NCBI GenBank assembly: GCA_965287045.1
Contig: OZ336871.1
Coordinates: forward strand, 66,278,001 to 66,342,000
From: Carcharhinus amblyrhynchos
Taxonomy: Eukaryota
Reading direction: 5' to 3'
Length of the DNA: 64,000 nt
In this document: positions 37,121 to 46,910 of the stretch, piece by piece
How the letters are laid out: every line of letters begins with the position of its first letter
Position numbering within the stretch: the first letter of the stretch is position 1
The notes under the pieces: model-generated
What the model was told of the DNA's origin: nothing
Databases searched by the model: none
What the model saw: only the letters and a program-made list of their open reading frames with translations
Made by a program: the position numbers and the translations under genes

Positions 37121-38014
37121 TTAGTTTAAACCATTCCTGAACACCCCAGCTAACCTCCCCGCTAAGACACTAGTTCCCCTCCCGTTCAAATTCTCCCCAC
37201 CCCTCCTGTACAGTTGCCCTTCTCTCCTAAACACCTCCCAGTGATCCACAAAAGTAAAGCCCTCTACCCTATACCAATCCCTCAGCCATGCATTCAACTG
37301 CATGATCTCGTCATTCTTTGCCCTGCTAATACTGGGCAGCAACCCAGAGAGTGCCACCCTGGAGGTCCTGCTCTTTAGTTTAGACCCCAACTCCCTAAAT
37401 TGCCTACGGACCTCTACCCTACTCCTCCTTCCTATGTCCCCCTCCCCTACGTGTACTATGACCTCTGCCTGTGCCCCCTCCCCTTTCAAAATTCCCTCTA
37501 CCCTGTCCGTTACATTCTTTACCCCTGCTCCAGGGAGGCAGACTACCATCCTGGTGTCGCGCCTCTGTCCACAGAACCTCTTATCAATACCTCGGACCCT
37601 CCCATCCCCTACCACTATCACCTTGCCAGCCCCCTTCTGTCCCTCTAAGTCAGTCTCCCCCTCCTGCCTATCTTTCTGTGCCCCTGTCGACGAACCTTGA
37701 GGGGCCTCCGGGGAGGCCGGGGGACCCTGACTACTCTTCTTCTTCCTCTTTCCCCTCCTAACAGTCGTCCACCCTTCCTGCTCTTCAGCCCTTGGGACCT
37801 CTTCCTGCTCGTGGCTCCTAGCCATCAACTCCTCGTTTTCCCTGACTAGAAACGCATCCTCCAAACGCCCCTCGAGTTGCCTGACCCGGGCCCTCAAGCA
37901 CTGCAGTTCTAAACATTTACTGTAGATGTGGACCTTGGGGACACGCGACACCACCAAGAACTCCCACATGTAGCACCTGACACAACTTATATTCCTCCCT
38001 ATATTCCCTGCCAT
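37121..38014 (-). CDS. CR1 ORF1p: zinc finger/coiled coil + SGNH esterase-like domain
   Basis: ATG at 38014; CVRCYMWEF..HIYSKC, heptads LRARVRQLEGRL, WTTVRRGKRKKK, VIVVGDG, CLPGA, VHVGEGD, SGLLP, LNAWL, ends GLN*. Confidence 0.92.
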   Translation of the reverse strand: MAGNIGRNISCVRCYMWEFLVVSRVPKVHIYSKCLELQCLRARVRQLEGRLEDAFLVRENEELMARSHEQEEVPRAEEQEGWTTVRRGKRKKKSSQGPPASPEAPQGSSTGAQKDRQEGETDLEGQKGAGKVIVVGDGRVRGIDKRFCGQRRDTRMVVCLPGAGVKNVTDRVEGILKGEGAQAEVIVHVGEGDIGRRSRVEVRRQFRELGSKLKSRTSRVALSGLLPSISRAKNDEIMQLNAWLRDWYRVEGFTFVDHWEVFRREGQLYRRGGENLNGRGTSVLAGRLAGVFRNGLN

Positions 38015-38170
38015 GTCCCAACCTCCTGTATGTGGCAAAAGGTAGAAATCTGTCACTCACCTTCTCTAAGCCTGCTCTCGCCCAAGCCCAGTGAGCCAAA
38101 GCCCTTCTCACTCAGTTCCCACTCACTCCGCTGCCCGCTCCCGACGCTGCCCGCTGTGTGCTGCTACCCC

Positions 38171-38265
38171 TTTTTTATACCCCCCGCACCCCCTTAACGA
38201 CTATCCCCTCGCCTAACTTCCGGTACGGAAGTAAACTACACTCACAAGCCCCGAGAACCGGAAGT
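38171..38265 (-). promoter_or_regulatory. Candidate internal Pol II promoter of the LINE (three ETS sites + TATA)
   Basis: ACTTCCGG 38216-38223, CGGAAGT 38226-38232, ACCGGAAGT 38257-38265; TATAAAAAA on the minus strand 38179-38171; CpG-rich. Confidence 0.55.
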
Positions 38266-38344
38266 ACAGGAAAAAAGCGGTTTTCAATTCAAATCAGTCA
38301 CTCACCACAGCCACAGCCACCAGGTTCAATGCTCCGGAGAACAA

Positions 38345-38452
38345 TGTTAACTTGGATCTTGTTTGTCTCTCTTGTGGGGACAAAGTGGGGATTTTGAATT
38401 TGTTTTTTTACAGCAAGCAAGGAATGGATTTGTATTTGCCCGGTCCATTCTG
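38345..38452 (+). pseudogene. U2 snRNA-derived sequence, 3' part (continuation after the LINE)
   Basis: Hairpin TGTCTCTcttgtGGGGACA (cf. U2 stem IIb GTCCTCtatccGAGGAC), T-rich Sm-like tract, then CAGCAAGCAAGGAAT...TTGCCCGGTCCATTC (cf. U2 GAGCAGGGAGATGGAAT...TTGCTCCGTCCACTC). Confidence 0.55.
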
Positions 38453-39124
38453 AGTGTTAGCTTTGTAATTCTAAGGATGGAGTTTAAAAAAATCATCAAG
38501 GATATGAATATCTCTGTATACATCCCTAGAAGGGAAATAAGCAGCAGGGCAGATAACACAGCTCCTAGTGGCCAGGCTCTTCAACAATGTCAGACTGTTC
38601 TCATGTAGCCAATCTTCATAAATGAACATATAACATGTTTACACAATCCTTTATAAGTGATTAGTGCCTTGTGTCTTATACAGGAGACACTGCCAACCAC
38701 ATCTACAGCTATTTTTTCATTTACCTGGAGATGGTGTGGGGAACCATCTCCATTTGGGTCTTCTGAAAGTCAGGATCAGGGCTATGCCATCTTTTGCTGG
38801 GATAGCTGGAAGCTACATTATGGAGCACTGCTGGTACAGGTAGAGACAGCGCTGGTCAGCTGTGACTTTAAGTTTGCCTTCACCTCCTTGCAAGCATACT
38901 GCAATCCCAAGAGTAGGGCCATCTTTATCACAACAACCTCCTGTTGCACAACTTCATTTTAGCAGCTTCCAAATAGTGGTTGTTCTGCTACTTGCCTCGA
39001 GACTGAGGCCTGTATCTTATGCTTCCTTTCAATTCACTTTTGTTCATCACTTCTTAGCCCATTTCCGTTTTACTGATCAAAAGCTGCCAATGGGCCAAGG
39101 TGCCTTCTGAGTCTTTCCCATGAT

Positions 39125-39625
39125 TGTAAGGACGTGATGGCAGTAGAGAAGGTGCAGAAATAATTTCACAAGAATGCTTACAGGCATGAAGAACTTTAGT
39201 TACTTGGAAAGATTGGACAAGCTGAGGGTGTTCTCCTTGGTGAAGAGGAGATTGAGAAGAGATTTGATACAGGTGTTCAAAATCATGAGTTGTCTGGACA
39301 GACTAGATAGAGAAAAGCTCTTCCTACTGGTGCAAGGATCAAGAACCAGTCAACACCAATTTAAGGTTATTGGCAAAAGAAGAAAAGGTGACATTAGAAA
39401 AAGTTTTTTTAAACAGTGGAGGTTAGGGTCTGGAATGTATTGCTTGGGACTGTAATAGATTGAGCGCATTTAATTGTGGCTTTCAAAAGTGAATTGGATA
39501 ATTGTCCAAACAGAAAAGAAATTGCAGGAATCAGGAAAAGACAGGGAATGGACATAAATATTTTGCTCTTGCAGAGAGTGAGAACAGGCGTGATGAGCTG
39601 AATAGCCTCTGGCATTCTGTACTAG
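39125..39625 (+). mobile_element. CR1 3' fragment
   Basis: ORF 39174-39455 FSYLERLDKLRVFSLVKRRLRRDLIQVFKIM. Confidence 0.85.
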
Positions 39626-40156
39626 TTATATTGTTATATTATTTCTAAAAAACTAGGAACTAATTATTATGCAAATTTGTATCCAGGGTGTCACGTTTAC
39701 TGCTATGCTGTAGTCATGCACTGAGCAACAATGTATCAGTCCACCAGCCACATTGAGAAGTGTAAGAAATGCACTTGTTGAAGCTCCAGTATCTGAATCT
39801 AGATGTAAGGATATTTCAAACTTATGGGAGCCAGGGGACTTAACATGGTAGCAGCAAGTGACTATCTCTAAACCATTTTAAATGTTGAATTGGATGGAAA
39901 AGAGAAAGAGACAAAGCGTGCGTGAACCATGCAAAAACAAGATAGCCATCACTGCAGCAATGAACGCACAGCCCATTCATATCTCCATGGGAACAAGTTC
40001 ACAGTGGTCACCATCCCCTGGAGCAGATCTACAAGAAAATTTTGTGTAGCGTATAAGCAAAGAGTTACAGATGCTCTCTTAGCAAGTGATCCAGACACGG
40101 CCTCATATCATAGATCAAAAACAGTGCCTACTGCAGTAGTGGTCTTTCAGAGATGA

Positions 40157-40262
40157 TGGGCGGAATTTTCGTGACCTGCCTGCTATGGGAATTGTAGTGA
40201 GCGGGACACAGATCATACAGAGGTCCGTTGAACTCGGGAGGGATTTTCCTGTCTTGCTCGAC
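40157..40262. mobile_element. Short MITE fragment
   Basis: GGGCGGAATTTTC start; GAGGTCCGTTGAACTCGGG core of the ~125-bp family. Confidence 0.55.
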
Positions 40263-40339
40263 AAACCCAGGATAATCATAAACAAAATGATGCCAAGAGA
40301 ACCTCTTCAAAAGATACATAAAAATCATATATATGTGAA

Positions 40340-40667
40340 GGGCAGCATGGTAGCACAGTGGTTAGCACTGCTGCCTTACTGCGCCAGAGACCTGAGTTCG
40401 ATTCCTGGTTTGCGCCACTGTCTGTGGGGAATTTGCATGTTCTCCCGTGTCGGCATGTCTTTTCTCCGGGTGCTCCGTTTCTCCTCCCACAGTCCAAAGA
40501 TGTGCGGGTTAGGTGGATTTGCCATGTTAAATTGCCCCTTCATGTCAGGGGGACTAGTTGGAGTAAATTCATGGGGTTACGGGATGGGGCCTGGGTGGGA
40601 TTGTGGTCGGTGCAGACATGATCGGCCGAATGATTGCTCCTTCTGTACTGTAGGATTCTATGATTCT
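40340..40667 (+). mobile_element. HE1-type V-SINE (full length)
   Basis: A-box TAGCACAGTGG, B-box GTTCGATTCC, V-domain, tail GATTCTATGATTCT. Confidence 0.92.
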
Positions 40668-40844
40668 GAAATTCATGTTGGATTGGAGAAATGTGAGCTC
40701 AGACAGATCAGAATGTATTGGATATGAGTCTATAAAGACATCAAAAGAATGATGTTACATACAAAGTGTGTCAAAAATACAGGAAAACACAGCAGAAAGA
40801 GGAGATGATGGCCATGAAAGTACCTCCTAGTGCTGAGGAGGCTC

Positions 40845-41680
40845 ATTTATTCACACATTAGTATACAGTAAAAAATATTGTTTCTTGCACGCTATACAGA
40901 CAAATCATACTGTTTATAGAGAAGGAATGGAGAGAGTGCAGACATGTTACAGTCATAGCTAGGATGTAGAGAAAGATTAACTTAATGCACGGTAGGTTCA
41001 TTCAAAAGTCTGAGGACAGCAGGGAAGAAGCTGTTCTTGAGTCGGTTGGTATGTCTCCTCAAACTTTTGTATTTTTTTCCTGACGAAAGAAAGTGTAGGA
41101 GAGTATGTCCGGGGTGCGTGGGATCCTTAATTACGCTGGCTGCTTTTCCAAGGCAGCGGGATGTGTAGACAGTATCAATGGGTGGGAGGCTGGTTTGAGT
41201 GATGGACTGGGCTTCGTTCACGAGTCTTTGTAGTTTCTTGTGGTCTTGGGTGGAGCAGGAGCCATACCAAGCTGTGATACAACCGGAAAGAATGCTTTCT
41301 GTGGTGCATCTGTAAAAGTTGGCGAGAGTCATAGTGGACATGCCAAATTTTCTTAGTCTTCTGAGAAAGTAGAGGTGTTGGTGGGCTTTCTTAACTATAC
41401 TGCTGGCAGGGAGGGACCAGGACAGGTTGTTGATGATCTGGACGTCTAAAAACTTGAAGCTCTCGACTATTCCTACTTTGTCTCCATTGATGTAGATAGG
41501 GCATGTTCTCCACTATGCTTCCTGAAGCTGATGACAATCTCCTTCGTTTTGTTAATATTGAGGGGAGATTATTGTTGCTGCTCCAGTTCACCAGATTCCC
41601 TATCTCTTTCCTGCACTTTGTCTCATCATTGTTTGAAATCTGACTCACTACAGTGATATCATCAGCAAACTTGAAAATCG
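40845..41680 (-). mobile_element. Rex1/Babar-clade LINE 3' fragment
   Basis: KFADD at the 5' edge; ORF 40982-41341 FYRCTTESILSGCITAWYG...HPGHTLLHFLSSGKKYKSL..TNRLKNSFFP. Confidence 0.9.
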
Positions 41681-42694
41681 AATCGGGGTTGAATTTGATT
41701 CAGTTTCAATGGTGTTACATTCATTAGGTAATGGATCTTTCTACCATGTTACCCCTGTGATGACAACCCAGTTGACACCATTTCTCTTCCCTGACTTCTG
41801 ATTCAGAGTGAAATCATAAAACTGAAGTCTCAGGAGAATGCAGTTTTAATGGTGCTGTGCGCAGATTTTCCTTGTAGATGTGCTCCAGTGGATAATAATT
41901 CCCAGGGCCTCTCTGAGTTTTACTGTTAGATATTGCCTAGATTGGTCCAGAGGTAACTGGCAAGTTGCCTCAGGCAGGCTGACAAGTGCTTGCAGCCAGC
42001 TGGAATTATTCAGAGAAGGCCGTGGCTCAAATTTTGGATAAGCCTTGAGGCTACTGCCCTGGCATGTGCAGCGAGTGCACTGGTTGCTTCTAGCCCAAGA
42101 GTGGGTCAGGAGAGATTTCTCCTTCAGGAAATTAAAGCAGTGTGAACCTGTGTGTTGGCAGCAATGTTTATGCTGACAATAAAAAGGTAACACTTCTTAA
42201 AATCAAAATATTCAATTTATAAACAAATACTTCTCATCTGTTTGTATTCATGAGCATATAATAAATAGAATAATTGATTAGCAAGATGCCAATTTGTACA
42301 TTACTCATGAGAGAGACCTGTGTAATTCAATCATGAAGTAAAAATCTATATCTCACTCCTCATCATCTATTATCCTATTACTCTAATGAAAATCATAGTT
42401 CTGTGATGCAGCGAAATCAAAACATTAAAAAGTCTGTGATTACAGATGAATCATGTGCTCATTACTGGGAACAGCTTTTCTACCCAAGAATTTTCCACTT
42501 CACAATTATAAAGCCAAATAGACATTTTTGAATCAGTATTTTGAATGTGTTCTGTCTGCTGTTTCTTGATACAGCTATTGTCATATTGCCCCATACAACT
42601 GGTGATATCAGCATTCAGAGAAAACTTCAAATTTCTGAATTTTTACTTCCAGATCCTTTCTCTTTGCTCTGCTCTCCAGAAGAAACTGTGACTT

Positions 42695-42960
42695 CTAGAA
42701 CCCCTGCAGTGCAAGAAGGAGGCCATTCAGCCCATCAAGACTGTACCTACAACAATCCCATCCAGGCCCTACATATTTACCTTGCTAATCCTGCTGACAC
42801 TAAGTGGCAATTTAGCGTGGCCAATCCAACTAACCTGCATGTCTTTGGACTGTGGGAGGAAATGGGAGCACCTGGAGGAAATCCATGCAGACATGGGAAG
42901 AATGTCACCTGAGGACAGAATTAAACTCAGGTCCCTGGCGCTGTGCCACGATGCCACCAT
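42695..42960 (-). mobile_element. HE1-type V-SINE
   Basis: TTTGGACTGTGGGAGGAAATGGGAGCACCTGGAGGAAATCCATGCAGACA (V-domain, reverse) plus head and tail. Confidence 0.88.
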
Positions 42961-43629
42961 TTTTGCAAGATTGTAGTTCCATTTGCAAGACTTGCTATCT
43001 GTTATCTTGATCAAATAGTCATTGCAGTGGTGTTGGAGCCTTCAACATTATTATGGGAGTGCAAGGAGCCTTCAGAATAAAACAGTAATAGCAAAGGAGG
43101 TTATGACATTATGGAAATTGCAGACACTGCATGTTTAAAAAAAAATTCAAATAAGATTAAACACATGATGGGCTAGAACTTACTGTAGCCAGAAAATGAA
43201 TAGCACCCAACATTCATTAGACATGCCCTTTCCCATTAAATTTGCATTGCAAGTGTTAGTGAAAACAGGTGCAGCACACCTACAACTCGGAGCTCTGGAA
43301 ACAGGGCAAGCAATTATGGTTAAGGAGATAGAATCAGGTTGAATGGCTGTGAAGTGAACAATGCATTTTGTAGTTATCCAACATTGAATCCAAATGCAGA
43401 CAGTAATGTAAAGAGAGGGTAAAAAGGATTGGATCATTAGAGAGAAAAGAAGTAAAAGAAGTAAATTTTATTTTTACAGTATCCAACTACAATTAAATAC
43501 CGAAGGAATAGGATGCCTCAGTTGTTGTAGTCAATTTTCAGTGCCAGAAGCTGTGATTGAAAGTTATCATTCCATTAAAAGGGTATTGAGATGGAACTGG
43601 ACAAGCCTTAATCTTTTGAATTTTTTTTA

Positions 43630-44440
43630 TTGCTCATCCTTAGTTGCCCTTGAGAAGTTGGTGGTGAGCTACCTTCTGAAATTGCTTCAGTCCTTGCAAT
43701 GTAAATATACCCAAAGTGCTATTAGGGAGTGAATTCTAGCATTTTGACTCAGTGACAGTGAAGGAATGGTGAGGAGCTTGGAGTGGTGTTCCCAAGTATC
43801 TGCTGCTCTTGTCCTTCTAGATGGAAGCAGCCATGGGTTTGGAAGGTGCTACTTAAGAAATATTGATGAGTTCTTGCAGTGCACCTTGTAGAATGGTACA
43901 CGCAGCTATTCGTCAGTTGTAGAGAGATGAAATGCTTGTGGAAGGGGTAGCAATCAAACAATCTATTTGTGCTGGAGGGTGTTAAGCTTCCTGAGTGTCG
44001 TTGGAGCTGTGCTAATCCCAGCAAGTGGAGAGTATTCCATTACATTTCTGACTTGTGCCTTGTAGATGATGGACAGGCTTTGGGGAGTCAGGAGGTGAGT
44101 TACATGCTATAGGATTCCCTAGCCTTTGACCTGCTCTGGTGACCACCGTATGTATATGGCTAGTCTAGTTCAGGTTTTGGTCAATGGTAATCTCCCAGGA
44201 TGTTGGTAATGGAGGATTCAGTGATGATAATGCCATTAATGTCAAGAAGCATTGGTCCTTGCATGGCACTCATGTGGCATGAATGTTACTTGCCACATGT
44301 CAGCCCAAGCCTGGATATTGTCCAGGTCTTGCTGCATTTGGACATGGACTACTTCAGTATATGATGAAGCATACACAGTCATCAGCGAACAATCTTACTT
44401 CTGACCTTATGATGGAAGGAGATTGTTCGTGAAGCAGCTG
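43630..44440 (-). mobile_element. Old CR1-group LINE 3' fragment (second lineage)
   Basis: Homologous, inverted, to 52315-53828; YKAQVRNVMEYSPLA motif. Confidence 0.75.
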
Positions 44441-44849
44441 GACATTACAACATTAGGCTTCTCAATGCATTTCAATGGTGAGACAGACAGAGAGATGCTA
44501 TTTGTGTGAAGCTGCACAGTGACACATTTCGGACAGCGACTTCTGAATTTTCACATTAAACTATACATCTGCTCTCACCTGATGTTTCTTCGCTATTTTT
44601 TTCATAGATAGTAAGGTTTTAGCCTTACTGTTATTTTGACAGGAAAATCAGAGCTGATAATGGGAATTGTAGTACAAAGGGTTAATGGTGAATATATAAT
44701 CTACATCGTCAGTGATGACAACAGAGTGAAGAACCAGCTGATAGAAGAAGCAGCAAGAGAAATGATTGAAGGACAAGGACAGTGTGGGAAAATTGCCAAA
44801 ACTTGGGAAACACTATTGCTCTTCTTCAATGATGGTGCCCACCCAAGCA

Positions 44850-45065
44850 GGCAGATGGGGCCTCGGTTTAATGTTGCATCTGGAAGATGGCATGTCTGAC
44901 AGTGCAGAACTCCTTCAATACTGCTCTGGATTGTTAGCCTTGATTTATAGGATCAAGAGAAACCAGAGTGTACTTGATCTTCATACTCAAATCCTGAAGT
45001 AGGGTTTCAACCCAGAACTTCATGATTAAGAGGTGAGAGTGCTCACGTCAGAGCCAAAGCTGACA
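44850..45065 (-). mobile_element. Deu-SINE (SacSINE1/AmnSINE-like) fragment
   Basis: GGGCCTCGGTTTAATGTTGCATCTGGAAGATGGCATGTCTGACAGTGCAGAACTCC resembles the reverse Deu-domain; tRNA-like head at 45000-45065. Confidence 0.7.
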
Positions 45066-46714
45066 TTCAAATTGAATGATGTGCTCAACTCATACAGTGA
45101 TTAAACTGAGAAAGGTGACATACAGGTGACCCAAGGTCCCAGGGTCAAATTTGGTTAGCTCATTGAGTCAGCTCATCTTATCTGGTAATTGGCTCAATAC
45201 CCAAGGCTAGGGAAAGAAAATGCAGATTTTTGGTTTTGATCACCATCCAGTGACCTCTCAATTGCAAAGTGCATGTTTCTGGATATCAGATGAGGGCCTG
45301 ATTAAACTTGTCTTTGATACTATCCACTGGTTTGACACTCATTTTGAAATATCTCACTGAGCTCGGAAGATAATTGAGCAAAAAGCTCCAGAGTCTTGAC
45401 TTAACATTAGAACTGCTATTACTCAGCTCTGACTAGTTGCGTTCCACAGAAGACTTTTCACCAATCCCAGTGGCACTGAAATCTTTGCTCTTATATTCAG
45501 CATCACCTGGTAGCAGATATACGTCTACAGCATCATCATCACAATGAATGCATTGAGATAAATGAGACACTGCTGTTACATCCAGAATCACCAACACCCA
45601 TTGAAGGAAGTGAGCTTGCTGGTGGCAGTAAAAGGAGGGGCATCCTGGCAGTGGGCGGAAACTCTGCTCTCTACACCTTGCAGGAGCTTGGTCTCATTTT
45701 CACAAGCTCAAAAAAGAAATTCCACAGTCATTGAGGAAGTTAAATGGTAGCTGGAAAATTGATCCAAGGAGGTAGATTTTGGTCTGGGCGACTGTTTAGG
45801 CACAGATTCAGGACTGGGTGCCTGGTGCACAGCCAAACTAACGCCCGAGAATCAATGGAAATTGATTTATTGTTGGCAGCAGCTCACTGTCAACTCCGGT
45901 AAGGGTGGGTTGGAAAGGACTGCAGGGAGTGGGGGGTAACAGGTTGTGGTTGTGACTCCTGGATTTGGGAGAACACTCCTGTTCTCAAATTATGTTTATT
46001 TACAAAAAAAGTTGAAGTGTGCATATGACATTTGGTGTGTAGTGTACTGGAACATCAGCATGAGATGGTCATAATGAATATTTTCTAGTGTAGTGGCTTT
46101 GAATTTAGTGGTGATACATAATGATTTTTCATTTGAACTTGTGCTGAGTGCAGAAAGATTTGGCGACCAAATTCATAGCGCAACAACAGCTTTAGAATAA
46201 CTACACTACTACACAAACCATACTGGTGCGCATGAATCTTACGTTCCAAAGATCCAGCTTGTGCAGGTCACAAATAAAGGGGTTAATTTTAACTCTTGTT
46301 CCCAGGGTATTCGTGGAAAAGAAAATTGATTGCGTAGTATCTAAATGTCAGCTATCATTGTACTTTGCCAGTGATAAAAGTTAAAGTTATTCTTAAACTG
46401 AATGATCAAAACAGAACTTATATGAGGTAGAAACTGCCTCAATCTAATGGAATAGTTCAGAAGGCTTCGTACAGGTCAATATGGAATTGAGTCCATCCCA
46501 GATTTACTTCAATTCCACTTCAACTTCAAAATTACTGTGGTCAGAAAATAAAAACTAATGAAGAAGTTAATGTATATTAGCATTCTCAAATGAAAAGAAC
46601 CATCACAATAAATATAACCTTACTAGAAAAAATCTGTCTTCTTTTAGATCTTTGTAACTTGGTATTTATAACTTTCGTATCAGTTAGTCATCTGCATAAT
46701 GCAAAATAAGATGC

Positions 46715-46910
46715 CTGGTGTGAATTTTCTCCCTCTCCGTGTTGTGTTTCATGGCAGTGGAAGGCGGTGTGCGCTCGCTGGCGGTGGGATCGTATGGTCC
46801 CTCTGTTGTCAATGGGGGTTCCCATTGAATACGCCCCTCCCTGTCGGGAAACACGTGGCAGAGGTGCGCTGCTGTTGGGACCGTAAGATCCTGCTGGCGT
46901 AAATGCCAGC
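46715..46910. mobile_element. ~190-bp GC-rich MITE
   Basis: GTGAATTTTCT ... GTAAATGCCAGC termini; internal TTCCCATTGA motif shared with other MITEs. Confidence 0.55.

Larger units (their letters stand above)
33719..38344 (-). mobile_element. Young full-length CR1-clade LINE (~4.6 kb)
   Basis: 5' UTR, ORF1, APE-RT ORF2 with one frameshift, 3' stem-loop GGGCCGAAGGGCCTGTT and (TGTTCTT)2 tail; candidate TSD TGTTA (33714-33718 / 38345-38349) or ATCTTGTT (33710-33717 / 38356-38363). Confidence 0.95.

Noticed and set aside
34807-37761. Several plus-strand ORFs antisense to the LINE
   Set aside because: Expected shadow ORFs from codon bias; low-complexity P/S/L/T products.
40340-40410. tRNA genes
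   Set aside because: A/B boxes belong to SINE heads followed by V-domains; no complete cloverleaf.
40185-40727. 180-aa ORF
   Set aside because: Read-through of MITE and HE1 SINE sequence; no protein motifs.
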